64,000 nt of DNA from Isurus oxyrinchus. Its lineage: Eukaryota. Numbering within the stretch: position 1 is the stretch's first letter; each line of letters begins with the position of its first letter. This document shows, one piece after another, positions 27,385 to 39,089 of this stretch. A program made the position numbers and the translations under genes. The notes beneath the pieces are model-generated. The model ran no database searches, was not told where the DNA came from, and saw only the letters and a list, made by a program, of their open reading frames with translations. The stretch spans positions 620,001-684,000 of the forward strand of contig JANJGN010000153.1 of the NCBI GenBank assembly GCA_026770705.1. The letters run 5' to 3'.

Positions 27385-30300
27385 TTTAACATTATTTCAA
27401 GGGATGTGGGCTACACTGGTTGAGCAGCATTTAATGTCCATCACTAATTTCCCTTGACAAAGAGGTGCGGATCTGTTCCCTAAATCACTGCATTCCATGT
27501 CGTCTAGGTATACCCACAGTGCTGTTACGGAAGGATTGCAGGGTTTTTACCCCGTGCCTCTGAAATGTTGGTGAGTGACTTGTAGAGGTAATTCCAGGTG
27601 CTGCTGTTCACATGTATCTGCGACCCTTTTCCTTCTGGATGTTAGTTTCGAAGAATCCGTCTAAGGAGCCTTGGTGAGGCCCTGCAGTGCATATTGTAGA
27701 TGACATTCACTGTGCTGCTACTGTGCGTCAGTAGGGAAAACTGGATTTTGTGCCAATCCAGCGGGGATGCGTTTCCCGGAGGGTGTCAGGCTTCGTGGGT
27801 GTTGTTGGAGATGCAGACATCCAGCGAAGCGGGTGGTGGACAGTATTTGAGGAATCAGGAGATGTGTTACTCGCTGTAGGTTTCCTAAGCCCTGAACAGC
27901 TCTTGTAGCCACAGTATTAATATGGTTAGCGCTGTTCAATTTTTGGTCAACGATAAACCCCAGGATGTGCATAGTGGCGGATTCAGCGATGGTAATAGTA
28001 TTTAATGTAAAGGTGTGATGGTTAGATTACCCCTTGTCCTTGAAGATATTTGCCTGGCGCTTCCCTGGTTCAAACGGGACTTCTTAATTGTGAGCCCAAG
28101 ACTCCATATTGGCCTTGTATTCCTGCATATGGAAAAACAGTGCTCAGTATCTGAGGAGTTGTGAAAGGTGCTGGGAATTGTGCAATCATAAGCGAACATC
28201 CACCCTTCTGACTGTATGAAGGAAGAAAGGTTCTTGATGGATCAGATGAAGATGTTTGAGTCTCGGACGCTGTTCTGTGGAAATCCTGTTGTAAATTCCT
28301 CCTGCTGAGATGACTGACCTCCAACAACCACAACACTGAACTCTCTCATCTATCCTTCACACGTTCTGTAATCTTCTCTTTTTTCCTACATTCATTCTTA
28401 GTTGAATCCACTCAATTTATTTTTATTCAAATAGCAATCGTTATATCCACGTTTCATCCACCTTCTGTCCCATTTTATATCGAATTTCGCCACCACTGCC
28501 CCCTCCATCCCATCATATACAAAGTCAACTTTTGCTAGTTCCATATTAGCCTTTCTTCTTCTGTTATCACGTTCTGCTTTATTACCTTGTTGCCCCTATC
28601 AGCACCTTATTTCTTTACACTAACCATTACCATTAACACGATCTTCGTCCCTTAGTTCATGACATCATTGCCATTCCCTTTTTGGTCTCCACGTGGTGGC
28701 AGTTTTCTGTCCAGCTCGAACCGCTGCAGCCCCCTTGAACACTGTATATTTCAACACATTCCCACCTGTATTCTTCTGTGAGGATGGTTCATACGGACTC
28801 CAAATTTTAACTCTGAACTTACCAAATCAGATGCTGCCAGGCTTGCTGCTTTTGTCCAGCATTTTCTGTTTTCACACCACAACCATCATCCTTTGTGTTC
28901 GCTATGAATCAAACCAGTGGAGGGATCCCCCCTAATTCTCACTGTATCCAGTGTTGCAAGGGCTCCTTTATGCCACAGTCGTTCAGGTGTGTTCCTGCCA
29001 GTCATTTGTATCTCACCTCGGGATTTCAAAACGTTTGTCCATTTTTCGAACATAGCCGTAATGAGGCCAGGATTTGAGTGACCTTTGTGAAACCTAAACT
29101 GAGCATTAGTTTGATGGTAAAAATGCACTCACTCTCATCTCAATTCAGGAGTACAGCTCTTTTGTCCATTATTGAAAAATGACTGTAATGAGTTCAGGAT
29201 CTGATTGGCACTGGTTAACTTCCACCTGGGCTTCAGTGAGCAGGTTATTGCTAAACCAATCCCACTTGACATCACTGTTATTAGCCCTTCTGTCATTTTA
29301 CTGTTAATAGAGAGTAGACTGATGGGTCGGTAATTGGCTGCATATGAGTTGTTCTGCTGTTTGTGTACGGGACACACTTGGGCAAATTTCCACCTTGGTA
29401 GCTAAATGCCAGTTTTGTGTCAGTATTGGAACAGCTTCACTAGGGTCGTTGCATGCCATGAAGAACAACCCTTCAGATATGTTGGCAGAATATTGTTATG
29501 CCCATGGCCTTTGCAGAATCCAGTGAGTTCTGCCTTCCCTCGATATCAAGTGGAGGGAACAGAATTGTCTGAATAATAGCAGCGCTGAAACTGGGGACAT
29601 CCGAATGAGGAAGAGATGGAGCAGCCAATCATCACTTCAGCCTCAGATTGTAACACATGTTTCAGCCTTAGCTTTCACATTGTCTTGCTGTGCTCCCCAC
29701 CCTGAGAGTGGAGTGATTTGTAGCGCCTCTTCCAGCAACAATTGTTTAATTGTCCACCACCATTCACGTATGTATGGGTCAGCTTAGATTTGAATCATTG
29801 ATAGTGGGATCACACAGCTCTGTCTATCGTTTAATGCTTATGGTCTTTGTCATGAAGGTTATCCTTTGTGATAGCTTCACCAGGGTGACATCTCCATTTC
29901 ATGTATGCCTGTTGCTGCTTCTGACACACACTCTCGTTCTGCTCGTTGAACCAGAGCTGATCCACTGGCATGATTGTTTTTTTTTAGACTGAGGAATCAG
30001 CCAAGCCATGCGGCTACAGGTTGTTTCTGAGTACAAAACTGTTACTGCTAATTTCCCACAGGACCACAATGATGCCGAGTCTTGTGTTGCTGAACCTGTT
30101 CGAAATCTATCCCATTTAGCACGGCGGTAGTGCCACACGATGGAGTGTATGCTCATTGTGAGGGTGGGATTTTGCCTCCAAAATGACAGTGCATTGGGCA
30201 CTCCTACTAATGTTGCAGAGAGGTGGCCATAGCTGCTGCATGGACAGTTCCACCTCATGCAGGCAGTTAGGTGAGGATGAGGCCAAATATGTTTTCCAGT

Positions 30301-31110
30301 CTTACTGGACCGCAGAACACCTGCTGCAGGCCCAGTATAGCATCTAAACCATTTGACACTTGGCCAGCTCGGTCAGTAGCGGTGATACCAAACCACTCTT
30401 GGTGAAGATCGTTGGTATCCGCAACACATAGTACATTCTGGGCCCTTGTCACCCTGAGATCTTTGCTCAAATTTTGTTGAACTGGGAAGAGCAATTATTC
30501 GTCAGCTGAGCAGGGTGACGGGGGTGGAGGGGGTGGGTTGGTGGGTGGGGAAGGGTGGCGGGCGGTGGGGTGGTGGTGTGGTATGTGTAATCACCTGCCC
30601 AATTGTGGCATGATGCTATAGGACTTCATGCATACAGTATTCGCTATTGATGGCTTGCAGGGCAACGCCCTTCCGACTGCACACCACTGCCGTCACCTCT
30701 ACTGTTTCTGTCCTACCGGTGGGATAGGATATACCCAGGGATGGTGATGGTGCTGTATGGGACATTGTCTGTCAGGTATGAATCCGTGAGGGTGGCTATG
30801 TCAGGCTCTTGCATGACTAGTCTTTGAGGCAACTGTCCGATTATGGCTTTAGCCCCAATAACAATAAGGAAGTCATTGCAGGGCTGAGAGGGATGAGTTT
30901 ACATTGTTGTTTACTGTGCACAGGTCAACTCTGTGTCAGCTTTCAGTTTCATTCCTTTATTTGAGGTTTTCAGCTCTTTGATACAACTGATTGATGTATT
31001 AACTCATTAACAGATCAACCACTTTGAAGCTGATCTGGATTCACAGATAAACGAGACCAGGTTACGATGGCAGAATGCATTCCAAAAAAGGCATTAATGA
31101 ACCAGATGTG
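27385..31110 (-). mobile_element. Near-full-length decayed LINE (endonuclease + RT, CR1/HER1-like), interrupted by a Penelope fragment at ~28340-28880
   Basis: Minus-strand ORF pieces: NVLCVADTNDLHQEWFG (endonuclease), AANYRPISLLSINSKMTEG, AQFRFHKGHS, MFAYDCTI (FADD site), ILGFIVDQKLN..NHINTVATRA. Both ends resemble parts of the local SINEs. Confidence 0.85.
28340..28880 (+). mobile_element. Penelope 3' terminal fragment nested in LINE
   Basis: Pyrimidine-rich region ending ttctgtgaggatggttcatacggactcc...cagatgctgccaggcttgctgcttttgtccagcattttctgtttt, like 4040-4570. Confidence 0.65.
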
Positions 31111-31217
31111 CGTGTCTTGGTTTTTCATCGTGCGTGTGTGTGATTGCTTAGGTCAGCATTTTTCGATGTGTTTGCTTCTATGCCACTCTGTGCCAGGGTA
31201 TGTGATTGTGTGAGTGA

Positions 31218-31264
<47 letters not shown>

Positions 31265-31575
31265 TGAGTGTGGCTGTACGTGAGTTTATGTGAGGTGAGT
31301 GGAGCAGAGGAATATATGTGTCTATGCAATATAGGGAGTGAGGGAGATAGAAAAAGTGAGTAAGATGATGAGCACATGAGCCTCTGTCCTTTTATTGTGT
31401 GCAAATGTGTGTTTGTCAGTCTGTTTGTGTGTAGGGGTGAATTCGTGTGCACCTGTGTATGCTTATGTGTGTGTGTTTTTTTTTGTGTGTGCTTTGTTGC
31501 TGCTTCTCTGTCTCTTTTTCATATGTGTTTGTTTGTGCCTGTGTTTCTAAATGCATATGCACGCACGTGTGTGTG

Positions 31576-31612
<37 letters not shown>

Positions 31613-31930
31613 CTATGTATGTGTGTGTGTATATGAGTGTGTGTCTTTTTCTGGAGGCGGGCATGTGTGNNNNNNNNNNNNNNNNNNNNNNNNNNNNNNN
31701 NNNNNNNNNNNNNNNNNNNNNNNNNNNNNNNNNNNNNNNNNNNNNNNNNNNNNNNNNNNNNNNNNNNNNNNNNNNNNNNNNNNNNNNNNNNNNNNNNNNN
31801 NNNNNNNNNNNNNNNTGTGTGTGTATGTGCCTGCATGTGTTTGTTCCAATGTTTGCGTAGACATGTGTATTTACCTGTGTGTATGTTTATTTATATGGGT
31901 GTGCATGTGTGTGCGTGTGTGTCTGTATGC
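31110..31930. repeat. (TG)n tract containing an assembly gap
   Basis: Directly visible. Confidence 0.95.
31670..31815. other. Assembly gap (146 N)
   Basis: Run of n flanked by TG repeats. Confidence 1.
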
Positions 31931-33304
31931 ATATCAGTCCAATGCTAGGAGAGGAGTCCAATTTCTTGTCTCTCCTCTGGAAGGGTGCGGACACTACAAG
32001 AGTCAGGTTTCTGTGCACCGGGACGTGCTTCGTGGTCAAATGTGAAACCGGCTTTCCCTTTTCACTCCTCTCTCACTCATCATCCCTTCCCCCACCCACT
32101 CTCCTTTCTCCCCTGTCATTGTCACATCATATCCCTCTGGAAGATGGATCGAGGAGGAGTTCACATCTTGCTTGTAACGGGAATGTTAATGTATGGAGAC
32201 ATGAAATCCAACTCGATGGTCACAGGTCAGCGAGTAAGCGTATCTTTGTAAAAGTAACCTTTACAACCGGCATTGTGCAACAGATATCTTTTGGAAACAT
32301 TGAATAACTGACAACATATTGAATATATGGAAGTCAGTTATTCTAACTAATGAAGAAGAAACTTAGGGAAAATATCCCCGTCCAAGAAAAAGAAGAACAA
32401 TGTTTGGAATCAGCTCAGGCAATTACAAGAGGCTAAAACGTTCTACCTTTTGATAAATTTCTTCATAACCACAATTTAGACTAATAGCCAGAATTTCGCA
32501 ACCTCCATTTGTCTTCAAAAAAGGAGAAAATCAAGTACCAGCTTAAGGAAGGTGATGAAGCGGCATGTTTCTCTCCCATGCTTCTGATACACTAAGTGTA
32601 TGCTACTCCTCTAGAGTCCCTCTTTTAACGTGTGTGTTTGAGTGTGTGTGTTTGTGCGTTTGTGTCTTTGAGGAATGACATCTTGCTACAGTTCCTACTC
32701 TTGTAAGCAATACATTTTAATCATTTCCTTTAATTTTTTAACTTTACAAGAAAAACTACTTAGTCACTTTTCTTAAAAACTGCCACACTGGAATGTTTAA
32801 ACACTCCTTCCCAGAAATGCATCCTGTTCTGGTTAGCAGAGAAATGGGGAAAACATCCCGATCACTTCCCTTTCCTTAACACATCCATCACCTCAGGCTC
32901 TGCCCAATCATACGTGTTCCTCAGTTCGCCCCTCGCCCCTGGGCCGCCCTATTATTGCCTGGCTCCTCTGTTAGGTTTGGGTTTCAAAGTTACGTTTGAA
33001 TCACTCCTGACTTTTCCGATCTCCAACTAATTCCCTTATTATCCCCTGGGCCCAACATTCATCCTTTGTACCCTCATCACCTCTACCGCCCGCGATAATC
33101 CTGCATCCACTTCCTCCACCCCTTCAGCTTTTGTTATTTTTCTCGGCTTCCTAAACTCGATCACAAACCTTCCCATTTGTTATTTTAGGTTCATTTTTCA
33201 CAATATATTACAGGCTGCAATAACATACAGGAACTAATCAATTAAACGAGTTGCTTTGACTAAGCCTGATGTATAATCTAATTGTTTATTTCCCGTCCAG
33301 GCAG

Positions 33305-34180
33305 CGAACTTTGTCATGCTTGTGATCCTCAGGAGCAACAGACGTGGTCTGTCCAAATGTGTAACTCAGTACCTGGTGGCCATGGCTGTGGCTGACGAAA
33401 GGTCGTTATCCCTGATGTGATAATAAGGCACATTCCATTCTTGTTTAAGGAACAGTTTTACTTCTGGAACTCCATCCACGTGTGTAATATCCACACCATC
33501 TTGCTTTATGCAGCCACAGACTGTCCTGTCTGTTTCACCGTCACTTTCACCTTTGGGGGATTTGTGGCCATGAAGCTGAAAACTGAATATTGCAGTGAGA
33601 AAATAGCCACTGTGCTTCTGGGAAAATTGATTGTGCTGAGCTGTTCAAATAACATTTTCTGTTATTTTATGATAACAGATCCATATTGGCTGATGAACGG
33701 CCCCTGATTTCTGTGATTTTGCATGGAATAACCACGAACCTCTGTTCTGGGTAGCAATTGAGTTCCATTGTGTTTTCCATTTACCATGATTCTGCTGCTT
33801 AGTGTTTTCATAGGTAAGCAGATTTTAATGAAAGGCAGAGAACACAGGAGATTCCGGGCTCACAGAAGTGGGATAATCCCGGCGATCCATAGAGTGAGAG
33901 CAGAAGGAAATCTATGCATTTTCTGTCTGTTATCTCAGCCAATTTCTTCCTGTTGTGTTCAATGTCAATTGTTTATTCTATTTGGAGACTGATGTGGAAT
34001 TTGGGCTATAAGTCGATGTATCTGTATCGTTTTGTTCAGGAAATAGGCTTCATGCTGCAGCTCCTGATTTGCTGCACAAACACTGGGATTTATGCAGTGA
34101 CCAGGCTAAGTTCACATAGCATTTAAGAATGTGCTGCAACATCTCTTCACCCGAATTTCTTCAACATATTAAACAATAAA
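33305..34180 (+). pseudogene. GPR139-like GPCR copy A, exon 2 (pseudogenised)
   Basis: Acceptor gcag at 33301-33304, then (A)NFVMLVILRSNRRGLSKCVTQYLVAMAVAD, colinear with copy B exon 2. Lesions: a 1-nt frameshift at ~33400, DRF changed to GGF with a 9-nt deletion (~33570), an in-frame TGA at 33705-33707, and further indels. GFMLQLLICCTNTGIYAVT is retained. Confidence 0.92.
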
Positions 34181-34664
34181 AAGAAAGAAATCACTGAGAG
34201 TTTCAACAGATTCTCAGTTAATTGCAGAACCACAGCGGCTGGAGCTGGAGAGATGAAGGGTGTGGAGGGGGGACAAGCTTCCAGTCAGCCGTCCTCTCCC
34301 TTTTGCCAGTTCAACTGTTCATCGTGCAACAGCCTCACAATGATTGAAAGGAAAAAATATCAGTAATAAGATATCTCTTCGCTCTCATTGGAGCTTTGGC
34401 ATCATGGAGTTCCCTCACCCTGGTTGGAGATAAATCCCCTGCCCTGGATGCATCCCCTCCAAATTGCTCTTCCATCTGTCCAGCATTCTCATTCGTCATA
34501 CTGATTCTAATGAAAATCCACAACATGGCAAAACTCCTCTTTCATTTGCCAGGTTAACGTCCATCACAGAACCCCACAAATTCCAGCAGCAAGCGAGGGG
34601 CGTAGGGTCAAGGGTAATTCTCAGTTAATTTGGGAACTGAAAAGGAAAATTAGAGATATATTTA

Positions 34665-35450
34665 TCTGAGAGGGAGAAAGAGAGAGAGAGAGAGAGATGA
34701 GAGATAAACAAACAAAGGGAGAGAGAGAGATATTCAGAGAGACAGACCTGAACAGAGAGAAGCATATGGAGTGAGTTATAGAGACTGAGACAGATAAGCA
34801 GAGAGAAAATGAGAGTCCAAGACAGCGGGAGAGAGGCAGAGAGAGACAATGCCTGTTTCGATCAAATCGGAGGCGAGCACAGTATATTTAAACCCACTAC
34901 TCCACAGGTAATACCAACAGACAGATTCACACTCTAAAATAGTCCATTGTTCACCTTCGATACTGTTAGAATAAAGGAGATGATAATCAAGCTTCGTTCA
35001 GTAAATAACAAGCATGTTTGTTAATTATAATACCAGTCCTGTTAAATACATAGGCAAAATTTGTTAACTTTCAGTATGGAATATGAAGTTATACTAACCA
35101 CTTTTACAAGATACCCAAATACTCTTTCTCTCTTTCTCTCTCTCTCTCCCTCTCTGCCACTCATACACACGTTTTGGCACCTTCACGCACACACGCACGT
35201 GTGTACATGCACAGACACATACACACACACACCAACAAATGCAACAACAAACACACACACGCACACTAACAGTCAAGTGTGCAAACACACATACACAAAC
35301 ACACACATGGATTAACAAACACACACACATTTACACCCACACGCACACACACACACAAACAGAAAAACACACATGTTAACACACACAGGCACACAAACAT
35401 AGGCAAATATACACAAACACAAACATTAACGCAAACACTCATGCACACAA
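34665..35450. repeat. GA-rich tract (34665-34850) and CT/CA-rich tract (35120-35450)
   Basis: Directly visible. Confidence 0.9.
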
Positions 35451-35784
35451 AAATGCACCAGAAGAAGAGGAATTCTCCCAAAGGTGAAAAATCACCATTG
35501 CAAGGGGGAAGCAAAGATGGAGCAATTCTTGAATGGCGTCCACTTGGCCTCCCAAAGGTAATCTTTGAAAGAACTGATGATTCCTTTCGTTCAGGCTCCA
35601 CAAATACTCATGGGATCTCAATCCCTGTAGGTCGATTACTTCGGAGTAGCTTATATTCACTTCCAGCTTTGGACTGGCTCTGGCTGCAAAAGGGCTGCTG
35701 TGCTCCTTTTGGAAGCCGTTGGTCCCTCTGCTCTGAAAGCACAGAGCCAAAGCCACTTCTTCTTTCTTAATACATTGTTTCAGT

Positions 35785-38700
35785 GGCTGGAATTCCCCCA
35801 CAATTGCACTAAACGCGCTACCGTGCTGGTGAAAAGGAGCCCTGCCCACCGACAGAAATGGCGGGTTTTCATGCCTTAACTTCCCAAGACCACCTTAATC
35901 TTTATGCATAATAAACACATTATTTCCAACTTGGCAGAACTTTGGCTCAACGTCAATGGGCTGTAACATCACCCTGGCCGTCGCCTTTACAATGCAGCCC
36001 TCAGCAAAACGCTCATCGCCACCAGCTCACCATTTCTGTTTGGAAAACAAGGCCAACAAAGGAAAAATGCCTGCAGCCTCTCTCTTCAATGATGGATCCC
36101 TCCAGATACTGCTGGAGGGCCGCCGGGATGTGCCCTACCATCCCGAGGATGTACAGCACTGTCACAAACCCAGACACTGCAGCGATCGCTGCGATGGTCA
36201 GAGCAAACGCCCGGCTGAGTATGAATGATCTCCCCGTCCCTCCAGTGTAAGTCACTCTTTCACACACACTCACAAACCCATTACTCAAACACAGGGCCCT
36301 CACTCACGTCCAATGCAAGGGACCGCAACATTGACTCTTTCACACAGGCCGCCATTGTCTTCATCCCGCACATTGGGACACTCAAAACCCACACATGCCA
36401 GGCGTACTTGTCATCTGGCCCGGCAGGAATCATGATACACTCTCACATCTCTTTCCATGATGGACAAATTGGATCACAACAGGAGGGCTACATCGCAGAC
36501 AGGAACGACTAGCTGGACATCAACGTTCTGACTGAATTGGAAAACAGAGTCATTCAGCTGGACAGTTATAACTGGGACCACTCTTGTGCTAACGATGAGG
36601 TCAGCAATGATATACCAAGTTAAGATCCAGCAGTGCCACATTCATTAGCAAACACTTATGTGTGTGATGTGTCCTCTATCATAAGCCACTCTTATGCACT
36701 GATTATTTCGCCTTGCTTTCCCAGGTATACCTGCCAAACAGCTGAGGGATTGCATGACCCAATGCCCCCGTCAAGCTCCAATGAAAAGTCTGAGGAGGAT
36801 TCTGAAGGGACCCTGCCTAAAGTTCCGTTAGAGCGCTCTCCCACGCCCTCTACCAGCGTAGAAACACACACCTGCGTGGGACGCAGGTTTAGAGAAGCCT
36901 CAGGATCATAATCTGGTGATCATTTGCCCCCTCCACAGCAGGTGGAGGCACGGATTTCCCAGGTCTCCGCATACGAAGGAGTTCTGTGAGCCAGAAAGTT
37001 GCTGAATACGAGTCAAGTGTTGAGCACCTGCACTTGGTCATCTCTCAGAAGCTGGAGCTGCAAAGGTAAGCCAGCCAACATCAGAAAGTGATGTCAGCTG
37101 CACTTCTCAAATTGTAATGCATGATGGAGGAGACCATCCATCTTCAGGCTCATGGGGGAGTGCCGGCATTGCAGCATACCGTGTCCAACACTGGCATTAT
37201 GTCGTTTACCATGGAGACCATGGACAGGGCTTCTACTCATGCAATGCTGCATGGTCTTAACTCCTTTGCTGCTGCCATAGTTGGTGTCCAGCAGACTGTA
37301 CATAAGATGGGTCCTCGGATGTATGATCTCAATCCAGCTGCCCCTTCCACTCACTGCGTCAGCAAGGGGTTCTCGGGCACACATAGGGAGGAAGGTCAGT
37401 ATGTGCACGCTCCGGGGCCATCCAACCAAATGACTCAGCGAGTGACAGGCCCATGTGCCTTCCTTCTTCCTGTAGACTATACAGATCCAGCTTCACAGGC
37501 CGAGCAGGATGCCACTGCCCCACAGCAGGGCGATGAAAACAGACAGACGACCTGCAAATCTCGGCCTCTGTGAGGATCCAGGCCAAAGTTATCACAGCCA
37601 GAGCGTCGGAGTCAGCATGCAGCCTTTAACTCCGGGATTCTGCTCCTGCTGCTGCCTGACCAGTCGCTCCCTCCTCCATTTAAACGGTCCCTGTAGGCCA
37701 TCAGGCGTGCTGCTAGGTAACTAGGATGCATGATCCTGACGTGGTCCTCCTGCAGCACGATAGAGAGCGACACGTGGTAATCATCGCTGGTCCTTTAACA
37801 AAAACCCATAATGCTTCCCAGAAAGCGCTGGTCAGCCCTCGGAATTCCAGAGAGCATTGCTCTGCCTGGGTGCCTTGTCAACATGCAGCAAAGGGGACGC
37901 TGTTACAAACAATGATGCTGAACATGCAAGGAGCTGACAGCGCCTCCAGCAGTGACTGCTACATGACCAGTGTTGGCAAAGAGGTTACACAACGTGTGAA
38001 GTCCAACTGCAGTGCAGTGCAATGAAGTGCTGGTGGATTCGAAGCCAGTGCCTGTTTGTGTAGGGGTCGGGGGGTGGGGGGGGGGGGGGGGGGGGGAAGC
38101 ATAAGACATGGAGCAGCTAATGGCACTTTGTTGCCTCTTGGATATTTAAAGGCGCGGGGAGGCAAGGAATCTGAACCAAATCATATCACACTCGCTGCAC
38201 CTGATCTGCCTCATGTGCAGATACATGGTAAAATTGTGCATGTGTCTTCCATGGGTGGCCATTTCCCTCACTTATCCTGCCCTCCACCTCTATTGACTTT
38301 AACTGAGATGCAGCACATTTACACCCCTGCCACCACCAGGGCAGCACGTTATAGCACCACCCCGCACCCTCCGCAGGCGCCTCCTTGGCTGGCAGCAAAT
38401 GCCCGAGACAGCAACCTCCACCCATCACCAGTCACCTCCGAGACTGGCCAGCACTTGCCCACAGACACTCACAACCCTCACCCTTCGCCTGAAGTACCGG
38501 GCATCAATTTACTCCGACCTCGGCGCCATTGAGTGGAGATACTGCTGCTTAATCACCGCAGATCACCCAAAGTGAAGCTGCACAGTGCACGTCACCTGTG
38601 TACTGCTGTGAAACACATCGTTATGCTGTACTGATGACATGGACAGGCGATACGGTGGATTCCATACACCTGAAGGGATGCCCTTTAAATTATGTACTAA

Positions 38701-38870
38701 TCATTGCAATTAGCCTCCCATTGACCGATGGTGAGAAACGCAGCCCGTTAGCGGTAGGCTGAGCAGAAGATCGCGACCTGCATTCACGCTGTCTTGATGG
38801 GGGCCCCACCATATTTTCCATGCCCGCCACATATCACAACCGCCGTCAGTGGGCTCAGAAGACTGCACCC
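35785..38870. mobile_element. PIF/Harbinger element: Myb/SANT-like gene remnant on + (~36050-37600), transposase-side sequence on - (~37700-38600)
   Basis: GKMPAASLFNDGSLQILLEGRRDVPYHP (cf. APRFSDxxLExLLxxVxxRRDVLYP), AIAAMVRANA..MNDL, DKLDHNRRATSQTG. 37930-37995 is the reverse complement of a homologue at 20465-20525. TIR-like ends ggctggaattcc / gaagactgcaccc. Confidence 0.75.
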
Positions 38871-39089
38871 AAAATAAGTCACTTCGTGAGAGGAGAGGCT
38901 GCAGTTGGAGCTTCGGATCAAATCACCATCTAAGGAATTGATTTTATCTTGGGCTCTGAGATGGCTGGTTCCAATTAGCCTCACCGAGACTGTTATAACA
39001 CCCACAGGAACTGAAAGTAGCTGAGGCGCGATTTGAGTAATATCCTGCGTTGTGTCTTGTCTGCTTCATGGCTAGATCTCTGGCCAACA

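Noticed and set aside
30515-30582. G-rich run with G-quadruplex potential (also poly-G at 38062-38096)
   Set aside because: Simple-sequence expansion inside decayed TEs; nothing supports a function.
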